A DNA stretch of 64,000 nucleotides from NCBI GenBank assembly GCA_963845755.1, contig CAWJTV010000006.1:74265-138264 (forward strand), in the 5' to 3' direction. The notes under the pieces are model-generated. The model had not been told where the DNA came from. It was given only the letters and a program-made list of their open reading frames with translations, and made no database searches. Positions 18,801-31,709 of this stretch are shown here, one piece after another. Position numbers and translations under genes: made by a program. Position 1 is the first letter of the stretch. Each line of letters begins with the position of its first letter. Source of the stretch: an uncultured Planctomycetota bacterium. Its GTDB lineage: Bacteria; Planctomycetota; Planctomycetia; Isosphaerales; Isosphaeraceae.

Positions 18801-21800
18801 CACGGCCCAGTTCTCTTTAGAGAATTACACGAAGGACCCCGATGCCGACCCGGTCGGTCAGGTGTCCCGGGGGAGCTTCGACGTGCAGGCCATGGGGATC
18901 GACGCCGGCACCGGGGCCAGCGCCAGGTCACGTTCAACGCCCAGGTCCCCACGCCGCAGCTCAAACAGGCGACGCTGTCCTATTTCGGCGATGACGGGCA
19001 ATGGCACACGGCCGCCGAATACAACGGCTCGGCGTGGGTGCAGGTCGGGCCTTCCGGCGACACGCCCATGAACGAACAGGATGCGCCGGCCGGTCCCGGC
19101 CTCAATACCATCAGCCTGCCCCTCCAGTTCGATGACTCCTCCGCGCCGGCGGTGGATGACCTGTCTGGTACGGTGTTCGTGCTCACGGTGCCGGCGCCGA
19201 TTTCCCTCAACCCCGTGCCGGGCGGCACGGTCGACACCCCTTACGCCGAGACGATTGCCGCGAGCGGCGGGACCGGGAGCATCACACTGGCGGTGAGCAA
19301 CGTCACCGGCTCCATACCCGGCCTGTCGATCCCCACCGGCGGGACCAACAGCCTGACCATCACGGGAACACCCACGGCGGCGGGGAACGGTCAGCTTCAC
19401 CGTGGCGGCCACCGACAGCGTGGGCCTTGCCGAGTCGCAGAGCTACACCCTGGCGGTGACCCAGGCCGATCCCTCGCGGTCCACGATCTCCCTGGTCCCC
19501 GCCAGCGTCGAGCGCGGGTGGGACGGCGACGGTCACGCTGACCGCCGTCAACGTCTCAGGCGTGGCGGAGACCAGCGGCGGTCTCTCGGTCGCGTTCGGC
19601 CTGGGGAGCGGCGGCGGCACCGGAACGTTCGGACCCGTCACCGACAACGGCGATGGGACCTACACCGCCGTGTTCACCGGCAACATTGCCGGGACCAACA
19701 CGATCACCGCGACCGTCAACGGTCAGCCGGTGACAACTTCGGCACCGGCCGTCACCGTCACCCCGGGGGCCGTCGATCTGGCCGAATCCACCGTGTCGGC
19801 GATGGCCCCGGCCCTGCCGGTCGGAGGCACTACAACCGTAACCCTGACGACCCGGGATAGCTACGGGAACCAGGAAACCACCGGCGGCCTGCCGGTCGGC
19901 TTCGCGCTCGACACCGGGGTCGGATCGTTCAGCCCGGTCACGGACAACGGCGACGGGACCTATTCCGCCACGTTCACGGCCACGAGCCCGGGGACGGGCA
20001 CGTTCGAGACGACGATCAACAATCAATCGCTCACGTCCCTGCCACCCGGCATCACGGTCGTGGCGCTGAGCCTCGAAGGATCGACCATCGCGGTGGCGCC
20101 GCCGTCGGTCCCGATCGCGAGCACGACCACGGTCACCCTGAAGGCCATCGATGCCGACGGTACCCAGGAGACGACGGGCGGGTTCACGGTCGTTTTCGAA
20201 TTGGGGACGGGGACGGGCGCCGGGACGTTCGGTCCGGTCACGGACAACGGCGACGGCACCTACACGGCGACGTTCTCGGCCACGGCCGTGGGCAGCAACG
20301 CGATCCTCGCCACGATCGACGGCTTCCCCATCGCCACGGCCGCCGAGGTGACGATCACCGACGGCTTGACCGTCACCACCAATCCCACGAGCCAGACCGT
20401 CAGCGCCGGCAGCCCCGTGTCGTTCGTCGCGGCCGCGTCCGGCGTCCCGGCCCCCACCGTGCAGTGGCAGGTGAGCAGCGACGGCGGGACCACCTTCACC
20501 GATGTCCCCGGCGCCACCGCCGACACGCTGGCGTTCACGCCCACCTCGGCCGAGAGCGGCGACCTGTACCGCGCCGTCTTCACCAATTCGGCCGGCAGCG
20601 CCACGACCACGGTGGCCACGTTGACCGTCAGCTCGACACCCAGCAATCTGGTCATCGACGCGGGCGCAAACGCGTTTCCTAACTTCCGCCTCGAACTACC
20701 CCAGAACGGGTATTTCGGGTACGAGCCCACCGTGACGCTCAGCAACGGCAACATCGTCGTCGTGGGGGGGGCCCTCAACCTGGGGCAGGCCGTGTTCCTT
20801 TATAACGGCGAGACGGCCGCGCTGATCAGTACCCTGATCGGTGACAGTTCCGTCACCGCCCTGACGAACGGGAATTTCGTGGCCACCGGCAATGGCACGG
20901 CAACCTGGGTGAACGGGAGGACCGGGCTCAGTGGCACGGTCTCCGCTGCAAACAGCCTCGTCGAGGACGCCAACAGCGGCAGCGACCAGGTCCCCATGGT
21001 GGTCCCTCTCACCAACGGGAACTACGTCGTCGTGTTCGCCGACTGGGACGGCGACACGGGGGCGGTGACGTGGGGGAACGGGACGACGGGGACCGTCGGC
21101 ACCGTCTCCGCCGACAACAGCCTGGTCGGCAGCAACCCCGGCGACGAGGTGGGGACGCTCGGCGGCTCCACGACAGGCGTCACGCCTCTGGCCAACGGCA
21201 ATTATGTGGTGAGCAGCCCATACTGGAACAATCAGGAAGGCGCGGCGACGTGGGGGAACGGGACGACGGGCGTCACCGGCACCATCACGGCCGCCAACAG
21301 CCTCATCGGAGGCGGGGCCTACGGTGAGCTCACGGTGACCCCGCTCACCGATGGCAATTACCTCGTCTCCAACGATCAATGGAATAACGGCGCGGGCGCG
21401 GTGACCTGGGGAAGCGGAACGGCGGGCGTCGACGGCGTCATCTCCGCGTCCAACAGCCTGGTCGGCAGTACGGAGGGGGACGCGGTGGGCGAGCACATCA
21501 TCGCCCTCGCCAACGGCAACTACGTGGTCGGCAGCCGGTCGTGGAATAGCAGTGCGGGGGCGGTGACGTGGGGCAACGGAGCGACGGGGATCAGCGGGAT
21601 GATCTCCGCCATGAACAGCCTCGTCGGCAACCCCGGCGACGACGTGGGCGGGGGGACCGGCGGCGGCAGCGGTATCGGTGGCGTGACCGCGCTCGCCAAT
21701 GGCAATTACGTCGTGGACAGCCCGACCTGGAATGGCTACCAGGGCGCGGTGACCTGGGCCGATGGCGAGACGGGATTGGCCGGCACCGTCTCCGCCGACA

Positions 21801-24388
21801 ACAGCCTCGTCGGCGCGGTGGTCAGCGGTGTGAGCGACCAGGTGGGCTCCGGCGGCGTCACGGCCCTGGCTTACGGCAACTACGTCGTGGCCAGCCCGGC
21901 ATGGAGCAATAGCGAGGGGGCCGTGACGTGGGGCAACGGGACGACCGGAACCGTCGGCACCGTCTCCGCCGACAACAGCCTCGTCGGAAGCATATCGAAC
22001 TACAACCCAACCGGACTCGGCGATCAGGTCGGCAGCGGCGGCGTCACGTCCCTCACGAACGGCAACTACGTGGTCGTCAGCACGAGCTGGGATGGCCAGA
22101 CGGGAGCAGTTACCTGGGGCAATGGGACGACGGGGACCGTCGGGACCATCTCGGCTGCCAACAGCCTGGTCGGCAGCGCCAGCACGGACGATGTCGGAAA
22201 CCGCGGCGTCACGGCCTTGTCCGATGGGAATTACGTGGTGGACTCTCCGACCTGGAACAATGGTGAAGGGGCCGTGACGTGGGGGAGCGGCACGAAGGGA
22301 GTCCGTGGCACCATCTCCGCCACCGACAGCCTGGTCGGAAGCCTCTCCGGAGATGGCGTGGGCGGCGGTGGCGAGAATCTGCCTTACGGGAATTTTGCGA
22401 CGGTCGGCGGCGTGACCGCGCTCCCGAACGGCAATTACGTCGTGGTCAGCCCCTTATGGAACCAGGGCGACGGGGCGGTGACGTGGGGCGACGGGACGAC
22501 CGGAATCACCGGCACGCCCACCTCCGGCAATAGTCTGATCAACCTTCCCGGCCTGGGCGGGGGCTTCGGCGCGCAAGGCGTCAGTGTCTTTCCCGACGGG
22601 AATTACATCTTCTGGGACGACCCGGGCCAGGGAGATTCCGGCACGCAGACCTGGGTCGACGGCAGCGCGGGGCGGACCCTTGACGGCCAGGATACGCCCG
22701 ACGCCCAGAACAGCCTCGTCGGCGGGGGAACCCTGCCCGACACGCTACCGCTCCTGCCGGACGGCTCCTTCGTCATCGGCGGCTACTGCTACCTGAGCAG
22801 CCCCAACCAGCTCACCTTCGCGCCGGCCGGGGGGCAGACGATCACCGTATCGCCCGACTTCCTGACCCGGGTTCTCGACGCGGGCACGAACGTGACTGTG
22901 CAGGCCAGCAACGACATCGCGATCAACAGTCCGATCGATCTCGTTCCGAAGGGGAGCGCCGGCAGCCTGACCCTGGAGGCGGGGCGCAGCATCCTCCTGA
23001 ATGCGGGCATCAACACGGCCGGCGGGGACCTGTCCTTGATCGCCAATGTCCCGTCGGCCGGCGGGGTCGTCAGCAGCCAGCGCGCCCCGGGCAACGCCGC
23101 CATCGCGATGGCGACCGGCGTCACGCTCGTCGCCGCCCCGGGCACCCTTTCGGTTGACCTCGAGCAGAGCACGGACAAGGCCAATAACGGCAGCGGCGCG
23201 GTGACCCTACTCGGCATCGCCGCCAGCACGACGACCCTCTCCAGCGCCAGCACGCTGGGCATCATCCTGAACGGGACCAGCCCGGGCGACGGCATCACGG
23301 CCGGCACCTACACGCAGGTCGACGCGACCGGTGCAATCAACCTCGACGGCGCCACGCTCCAGGTGACCGACACCAGGTCCGCCCCCGCGGGGACGCGCCT
23401 GACCATCGTGCAGAGCAGCGGCGGGGTGCGCGGTACGTTCAAAGGCTTGCCCGAGGGTGCCGTGGTCGTCGCCCCGTACGGGACGCAGTTCACGATCTCG
23501 TACCAGGGGAATGGAGGCAATTCCGTAATCCTGACCTCGCTCGGAAACGTGCCATTGACGGCCCAGCTCGCATTCGCCGTCCCCAGCCTGGCGGTCGATG
23601 AAAAAGCCGGCGTGGCGACGGTCGAGGTGGTGCGAACCGGCGGATACCAGGGTCCAGTCTCTGTCGTCGCGACCACGTCCGGCGGCACGGCGGTCGCCGG
23701 GGTCAACTACACGCCGGTCGACCTGGACCTGAGCTTCGCCGCCGGCCAGGACAGCCAGACCCTGACCATCCCCATCAATGCGGCCGTCGCCTTGACGTCG
23801 GCGGTGACGGTGACCATCGTCCTGAGCAGCCCCGGCGGCGTCGCCGTCCTGGGCAGCCCGTCCACGATGACGCTGGTGATCCAGAATGGCAATCAACCCC
23901 CGCCGTCGTCGCCCGTCACGGTGGAGAGCGTGAGCCTGACCACGAACAAGCGGCACAAGGTGACCGGGATCCAGATCGGTTTCAGCGGCGGCCTGGAGGT
24001 CAGCGAGGCCCGGCGCACGGCGACCTACCGGCTGGCCACGGCCGGAAAGGGGGGCTCGTTCACGGCCAAGGGCGCCAGGGCGATCAAGCTGCGATCGGCC
24101 GTCTACAACGGGGCGAGCGACACCGTGACGCTGACGCCGGCATCACCGTTTTCCCTGTCGAAGCCGGTCCAGCTCCTGATCTATGGCACGGGCTCGAAGG
24201 CCTTGCAGGACGGATACGGCCGGCCGATCGACGGCAACGGCGACGGGCAGGCCGGTAGCAATGCCGTGGCGATCCTCACGAGCGGGGGAGCGACCATCGA
24301 TGCGGTCTCGTCCACGGTCCACGCAATCGATTTCCTCCTCGCCCGTGGGGCGCTCGATCGGTCGATACGCCCAGGTCGGCCGTATTGA
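15822..24388 (+). CDS. Giant secreted surface protein (LEPR-XLL leader, alpha/beta-hydrolase module, invasin-type Ig domains, DUF5650-type repeats, Calx-beta); split by about 5 frameshifts
   Basis: ERLEDRLCPS leader; HLIGHSRG/FLDPHP/GLGHS; three PVTDNGDGTY.A.F repeats; PAPTVQWQVS Ig; GNYVV.SP.W..GAVTWG.G repeats; TAVAGVNYTPV...FAAGQ Calx-beta. Consecutive overlapping ORFs 15777-17231, 17162-17902, 17662-19071, 19038-19541, 19562-24388. Confidence 0.75.
20740..22760 (+). repeat. Intragenic tandem repeats (about 10 copies, ~165-190 bp; DUF5650-like)
   Basis: Recurrent ggcaactacgt(c/g)gt...gtgac(g/c)tgggg...aacagcct(c/g)gtcggc, encoding GNYVV...W...GAVTWG...NSLVG. Confidence 0.85.
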
Positions 24389-24414
24389 CCACTGAGCCAT
24401 GAGGACCCGAATCC

Positions 24415-27230
24415 ATGTTGTTTCCGCTCCTCTCCGCGCACCGCTTCAGCCGCCGGGCTGGATCCCGAGTCCGCACCCGGCGCCGGTTTCGGCCCGGGCT
24501 GTGGGATGGGTTGGAGGGCCGCGTCCTGCTCTCGGGCAGCCCGACGTACTACACGGTCAACCTGACGAGCGCCACCGGGGCCAGTTCGGGCACCGACGGC
24601 ACGACGGGGACCCCGTCGGGCGATCTGCTCTGGGCGGTCACCCAGGCCAACGCCAACACCAACCCGGCCGGCAGCGTCATCGAATTCGACCCGACGGTCT
24701 TCAACACCGCCACGCCCCGGACGATCACACTGGGCGCCACGCTCACGATCGACCCGTCGCAGTCCGCCGGGCCCGTCGTGGTCGACGGACCGGGGGCCAG
24801 CATCGTGACGATCAAGGCGCCCGTCGTCCCTACCGAGTACACCGGATTTTATGGGGTCTATTTCGGGCTGATCCAGGTCAACGCCGGTGTGACGGCCACG
24901 GTCAGCGGGTTGACGATCTCGGCCGGGTTGACCACCAATCTGGCCGATGCCTATTTCGATGGTGGCGGCATCTCCAACTCGGGCACGCTCACGGTCAGCG
25001 GCTGCGTCCTCTCGCAGAACGCGCCTGGCGGCGGGGTCGTCGGCGAGGGACCGGACTACGGCGGGGGCATCTACAACGCCAGCACGGGCCTGTTGACGCT
25101 TGTCAGCTCGACCGTCACCGATAACAACGGCGATATCAGCCCCGGGGGCGGCATTTACAACCTGGGCACGATGAAGATCTCGAACTCCACCGTCTCGGAC
25201 AATCAAGACTCGGGCATCGAGAATCTGGGCACCATGACGCTCGCCGACTCGACGATCGCGAACAACGCCGTGGGGATCGACACCGACGGTAGCCTGACGA
25301 TCGCCAACTGTACAATCGCCGGCAATACCGGGAGCGGCGTGGACATCGAGGGTGGGACGGCCCTCATGGACAACACCATCGTGGCGCTCAATACGACCGA
25401 CCAGAATCCCAACTCCGCACCGAGCGACATTATCGGGGCTGTCTCGCCGTCGAGCGCCTACAACCTGATCGGGTCGGGCGGCTCTGGGAGCCTGGAGGAC
25501 CACATCAATGGGAACCAGGTCCTGGCCGCCGGGACCGATCCGTTACTGGGCAGCCTGGCCGAGAACGGCGGCCCGACCCAGACCATGCAACTCCTGCCCG
25601 GCAGCCCCGCGATCGGCACCGGCAGCATCGCCCTGGCCCTCGATCCCGCGACCAACGAACCGTTGACGACCGACCGCGCGGCGCCGGTTTTCCTCGGAGC
25701 GCCGGCGGGATCGTGGACATCGGGGCGTTCGAGCGGCCCAATGTGACGGGCCTGCCCACGGTTTACACCGTCAACCTCACCAGCGCCAGCGGCGCGGGCT
25801 CGGGTAATGCCGGCGATCTGGTCTTCGCCGTCGACCAGGCCAACGCCAATACCAACCCAGCCGGCAGCGTGATCGCGTTCGACCCGGCGGTCTTCAACGC
25901 TTCCTCGCCGCAGATGATCGTGCTCGGCAGCCCGCTCGGGATCTCGGGGACGACGGCGCCGATCGCGATCGACGGGCCCGGCGCGCGGGCGCTGACCGTC
26001 TTCGGAGGGTTCACGGTCGGCCCGAACGTGACGGCCAGCCTCGCCGGATTGACCGTCTCGTCGGGCTCCACCACCAGCGGCGTTGGCCACATTGATGGGA
26101 TCGACAACAGCGGCTACCTGACCGTCACCGCGTCCGCCATCGCCGATAATGTCTGGGGCGCCGTCAGTAATCGCGGCCATCTGACCGTCGTTGACTCGGC
26201 CGTGACCAACAACGGCAGCTACGATTTCAACGACCCGGTCATCTCCAGCAACGGGGGCGTGATGACCTTGGTCAATACCACGATCGCCGATAACACGAAC
26301 GAGGTGGACTCCACGATCAATATCCTGAGCAGCGCGGACTTCACGAACTGCACGATCGCCGACAATGTCGGCGGGGGGATTTGGGTTGATCTGGCCGAGG
26401 GGGGCACGGTCGTTCTGAACAATACGATCGTCGTGCTCAACACCGAGTGGACCACGGACGCGCAAGCAACCGGCCCGCCCGACGATATCCAGGTCCTGGC
26501 CGGAACAATCGCGGCGTCCAGCTCATGCAACCTGATCGGGTCGGTCTTGATTTCACAGGGTGGCTCGAGCGGGCCCCAGAACGAGGTCAACGGCAATCGT
26601 GTGGGCGTTACCGACATGGGCCTGGCGCCGCTGGCCAACAACGGGGGCCCAACCCCGACGATCGCACTCTTACCGGGCAGCCCGGCGATCGACGCCGGCA
26701 GCGTGGCCCTGGCCGTCGATCCGGCCACCGGACTCCCCCTGGCCACCGACCAGCGCGGCGCCGGTTTTGCGCGGATCGTTAACGGCACCGTAGACATCGG
26801 CGCGTTCGAGGCTGGTGTGGGAGGCACGACTGGGCCGCCGACGATCATCGGAGAGCAGCTCCTGACCGCGGGCGGAAGGAAGAAGGCGCACCTCGCTGGC
26901 TTCGAGCTGGTGTTCAGCCAGCCGCTCGACGCATCCCGGGCTCGGAACGCCGCGAATTACGAGATCACGCAGACCGTCCGGCGCGGCCGCAAGCGGGTTA
27001 CCCAGCGGGTCCCGATCAAGGCGGAGTACGTCGCCGCGATCGATGCGGTCCGCTTGATCCTGGCCGGCAAGCCGACGTTTTCGCTGGGAGGGACGATCAC
27101 GGTCAACGCCTCGGCGCCGAACGGGATCACCAACGTGGCGGGGATCTACCTCGATGGCGACAACGCAGGCGTCCCCGGTGATGATGGCGTCTTCACGATC
27201 TTGCCGAAGGCGCGAGGCGTGATGCGCTGA
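24415..27230 (+). CDS. Secreted beta-helix protein with two choice-of-anchor Q-like units (LEPR-XLL leader); frameshift near 25690
   Basis: GLEGRVLLS leader; GGGIYN repeats; LA.NGGPT.T..LLPGSPAI twice; DIGAFE twice; duplicated YTVNLTSA...QANANTNPAGSVI.FDP unit. Confidence 0.8.
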
Positions 27231-29501
27231 TCGCCGTCGAGCGCCGATCCGTTGACTTGCACGCGCGAGCCGGACTCCCGATTCGTCGCACTGGTTGGCC
27301 TACGCCCGGGAGCTGAGGAACCGGGTCCGGTCGCTCGTCCGGGCAGCGGGATCCGCGCATGATGACGATGGATGGGGCTGGGACCCCACCGATTAACCAG
27401 AGCGATCCGGAAACAGCGCCTCTGGTTCGGTGAAATCGGTCCGACGACACCGAAGCGTTCTCGAACTCTGCATGACCGGTTCGCGCACGCTACCTCGAAG
27501 GGGCCTACTTCGTGGAATCGCGCAGCCGCAACGGCTAGAGCCCGACCCCACTCGAGGTCTCAACTCGACCCGTTCCGCAGCGATCAGGGCACCGCTCCTC
27601 AGCGCTCGACGTATGAGCATCGGCTGGGAGTCGCAATCTCTGCGGCTTCCGCGATCATCAGCGTAGGCACCACGCGAGGGCCCGTACACGGGCACCCACG
27701 ATGGCCCCTCATCGGTCCGGTTGCATCGCGATGCCGGACGATCGATTTCTGTGACGACGGAGGCACTATGTCTGCTACTTCCAGCCGCCGCAAGGGCGGG
27801 TCCCTGGGGCCGCTCCCTACGGAGACCCGCCCGATCAGGTCTGCGGCGGGAGCGGCGACGGGACCCACCGGCGGCGACCAGTGGTCCGTCGGCCACGAAC
27901 CCGGCACACGCCTTTCAGCCCGCGCTGCCGTGGAGATGGATGGCGCCGGATGCCACCGAGGGGGACGACCATATCATCAATTCGGATGACATGGTGTTCC
28001 CTTGGAGGTGGAGAGCGCAGGATACCCGTGACGGGCGCAGGCGGGAGGGAGAAGGTAACCGTCAGCAGGGTCGCCCGAGGCCCGAAGGCGAAAGTGGCTG
28101 CCCGCCGTGTGCCGGCTACGAGGGCGTGCGACGGATCGGGTCGTCTTATGGGGAACCTCAAGATCTCGATGTCCAGTGTCGAGCAGGACGACGAGAGACG
28201 GAGCGGCGACAGACGGAGCGGCGACAGACGAGGGGGCCGCCGCCAGCGGTCTCGAGGGGCACCACCGGCGGAAACACGATCTGGTGGTTTCCCGTGTCGG
28301 TGGCCGTTGCAGACCGCCCCGGGCGGCCCCGCCCGGCACGCCCCGAAACCCAGGCCAACAAGTCGAAGTTCTTCGCATGCGGAGTCGTGGCGGCGGGACG
28401 ACCACACGGCCGAAACCCGTCGTCAATCCGAGGTGTGGACGCGGTGTGCATTGAACTCGAGGTCGCCGCGAGCGGGTCTTCCCAATGGCCGCGCCCCAAG
28501 GGACCACGAGCGACGGCTGGTCCCCGATCGCCGCGGCGAGGAAAGACCTCAAGGCGGCGGCCCGGTCCTGGGTTTAGGTAACGGCGATTCCTGGTGCGTC
28601 GCCGGCTCGAATGGTGTCGTTCGCTTGGGTCGATGAAGCGAGGTGAGCCGCGATCGGGACCTCCCGTCCTGCGGCCCTGACGACTGCCGCCCTGGCAAAC
28701 ATACCCAGGAGATCGTTGGGATGGTATTCGCGTCCGGCACCCTGCCAGGTCAAGTCGTCGTAGAGGCGATCCGGCAGAGGTGGGATTCTGCCGGCCCTTT
28801 GGAGGAGCCGCGACGGCTGGACCTGCCGCTCCACTCTGGCCGGCCCAGAAGATGACCATCGCAGGCATCGTAGGTCGCCGTACAAGTCGTCAAACGGGCT
28901 TCGACTTCAACGCGGCCGACAAGTGATCGGATCGGTCATAATCGCCGATGGCAAAACGATCGGTGCCGCCCTCCCGATGCGCCAGCCGGAACACCAGGAC
29001 CGGAACCGACTAACGTTAGGCGGACGGAAGATCATAGCCGGTCCATGATCGAGGCGGTCAGTCCGTCGAATGCGGGCGATGCTCAGGCCCAGTGGACCCG
29101 TTATTTTCTTCCGTTCGCCTAACGTTAATCCGAATCGGTGCGGACTCACTGGCATCACCCGGCGCCGCTCGAGGATCTATCCGGTCCTCGAGAGGTCACG
29201 GCATGGGGTCACCGTCCGAGATCATCAAGCAAGCCGGCGGCAGGAAGCTTGAGATCGCCGCCACGGCCCGATCGGGCGGCACCACGGCCATGCCGGCCCA
29301 CTTGTCGGCGATGTTGACGATCAGCCTCTCGACCGCGAGAGCCCGGGGGCAGGATTTGCGACTGCCCGGACCTCGACCACACGTTGTGCTCTCGTCGGTT
29401 TGTGTGCCCTTACGAGGTCGCTCAGTGGCCCGGCTCGCCGAGCCGATGCACTGAACTTTCCCGAAACCGCCGCGACGAGCCCGGACCGCTGGCGCGTCGG
29501 G

Positions 29502-30344
29502 TTAGACCGAGTTCCCCCGCAACTGGAACGGCGGTGGCTGACGTCCGTCGAGGTCCTGGAAGCCATACTCGAGTGCCAGGTCGCCGACGGTGAACACGCC
29601 GCCGGACTTCTGCATGATCTCGGGGTCTGAGGCCAGGGCCCTCACGGCCCGCCCCAGGTATTCCGGCGTCTCGGTCGCGCCCAGGTCAAAGGGGTGGGCG
29701 GCATGGGCCGCCATCACCCGCTCCGTCCGCATGAAGCCGGGGGCCAGCGCCAGGGCCGACACGCCGTGGGGCCGGAGGTCCTTCGCCATCCCGAGGATCA
29801 TCCGAATGATGGCCGCCTTCGATACGTCATAGAAGAGGTTCCCCAGGTATTCGCCGTCGGCCCAGGCCACCGTGCTGACGACCAGCCCTCCCCGCCGGTG
29901 GAGCATCAGCGGGGCGGCGAATTGGCTGACCACCAGGTGCGCCCGCAGGCCGGCGACGAACATCCCCTGCCACTGGGACCGGGGCTGTTCCCAGTACGGG
30001 GCCATGGTGATCCCCGTCGGTTGGCCCTCATAGCCGCCCCAGGCGTTGTTCACGAGCAGATCGAGTCCCCCCTGTTCGGCCCGGACGCGCTCGAAGAGTG
30101 CTTCGACCTCGACATCGACGGTGTGATCGCAGCGGACGGGCACCCCGATGCCGCCGCGTGCCACCACCTCGTCGGCGGTGTCCTCGATCGTGCCCGGCAG
30201 CCCGTCAGTCGTCGGGAGGCCGCGGACGCTCCGTCCGGTGACGTACACCGTCGCCCCGGCCTCGCCGAGTAACACCGCGATGGCCCGCCCGGCTCCGCGA
30301 CTGGCCCCGGTGACAACGGCGATCCGATCGCTGAGAGTTTGCAA
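29502..30344 (-). CDS. Short-chain dehydrogenase/reductase (DHRS1-like)
   Basis: TTG start after GGAGG; VVTGASRGAG, LLVNNAWGG, YDVSK catalytic motif. Confidence 0.9.
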   Translation of the reverse strand: MQTLSDRIAVVTGASRGAGRAIAVLLGEAGATVYVTGRSVRGLPTTDGLPGTIEDTADEVVARGGIGVPVRCDHTVDVEVEALFERVRAEQGGLDLLVNNAWGGYEGQPTGITMAPYWEQPRSQWQGMFVAGLRAHLVVSQFAAPLMLHRRGGLVVSTVAWADGEYLGNLFYDVSKAAIIRMILGMAKDLRPHGVSALALAPGFMRTERVMAAHAAHPFDLGATETPEYLGRAVRALASDPEIMQKSGGVFTVGDLALEYGFQDLDGRQPPPFQLRGNSV

Positions 30345-30802
30345 CGCCTGACCTCCACGTCGCCTGATCGAAGAGCTCAGCGGCCCGGGCCGCCGAGTCG
30401 AGGCGTCAATTCTCCGAGGAGCCGACCCGGCTGACCGGGCCGCTACGGCGCGCCTCGTCAGGCCGAATTCCTCGGGGGCCTCGGGACCCAATACACCACG
30501 CCGACGACCGTACCGACCAGCCAGCCGATCGTACAGACCGCAACGACCACGAACCAGTCCGGGTCCGACCACGGCTGGCCGAACAGGCCGCTCGCCAGGG
30601 CAATCAGCGGGACGATGAGGAGCACCGCGAGTACATCCCCTCGGCGGGAGCAGGCCGCGACGTTCGCGGTCAGGACCAGGGACGAGTGCACCAGCCAGCC
30701 GAGGACCGAGATTCCGTTTGGGTGCTCGAAGGCATCAGCCCGGCGATATCGGCTCCATGTCGGGCGGAGGAAGGCTTCGGGATCGCCCCAGGCGACGGGG
30801 AG

Positions 30803-30906
30803 CAGGCCGGACCAGCCCGGACCGGGACGGCTGCGGGATGCCTGGAACTGGTTTCCGCGCGCCGAGGCCAATCGGCGGCTCCACGGCCGGGCGAATCGAG
30901 GCTTCG
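30803..30906. repeat. Dispersed ~104 bp repeat, copy 1 (copy 2 at 33409-33512)
   Basis: caggccggaccagcccggaccgggac...tgcggga.gcctggaac...atcggcggctccacggcc.ggcgaatcgaggcttcg. Confidence 0.85.
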
Positions 30907-31383
30907 GCCGAGAGGCTCCCACTTGAGCTGGAGGAATCCTGGAGCGCCGCCACGACTGGTCCCCTTAGGACAGTTCATCGGTCCCTGCGTGATGTCCATC
31001 CCAACCGAGCCTTGTCTGTGGTCGTGGTCAAGAGCAGCACTCTCCACCGAGACGTTCGCCTCGAAACCCGCACCGATCGCGGCAGGGTGATCCCGATTGA
31101 CTTGACGTTAGGCTGTTTTCACGAAGGGTGTGGCGCCCCGAAGACTCGGAACCAGTCCCCTTCGTGAAACAGCGCGTTGGAGGATTCAGCGTTTGCCAGG
31201 CCGCAGTCGCCCCGACCAACCTGCGAAGGCAGCCGGGGCTCTCGGCCGTCCGACGGCGGTCTCGCCGGCCCCTTCGAAAAGCCGGAGATATTGCCGGTCT
31301 CGATCGAGGATTCCCGAGGAGCCGGCGCCATCGGATTCTGCCTCGATCTTGCGGGCGAATCACCGTCGTCCGAGGATCGTCGC

Positions 31384-31709
31384 TTAGCTCGGACGGAACT
31401 CCACGACGCGATCGAGCGGCACTGCGACAATCATGTCCTCGTCGGCCATCGCGAGGATCACCCCATCGATCACGACAGCAGACGGGCCAGGGCCTGCCAA
31501 TGTCCGGACGATCTCCGCCATTCGGGCTCGGACGAGCCTCTCGCCCTCACGAAATTCCCGACGAAGCTCCTCGGCTAATCGCGGGGATTCCTCGGTCCGA
31601 AATTCGATCTCTTCCTCGAGCGCCGACAATGCTGCGATCATGCGTCCGGATTCTCGGCACGCGGACTCGAGTGACCGAACCGTCTCCGGTGATAAATTCT
31701 CGATCATCA
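31384..31709 (-). CDS. Hypothetical protein
   Basis: MMIENLSPETVRSLE...VIDGVILAMADEDMIVAVPLDRVVEF; coiled-coil then beta-rich, protein-like composition. Confidence 0.5.

Noticed and set aside
20740..22760. Possible CRISPR array or DGR-like repeats
   Set aside because: The repeats are in-frame protein repeats with synonymous variation; no cas or RT gene seen.
27240..29000. Many overlapping 100-290 aa ORFs
   Set aside because: Arg/Pro/Gly-rich spurious frames with no RBS or motif support; treated as non-coding or decayed.
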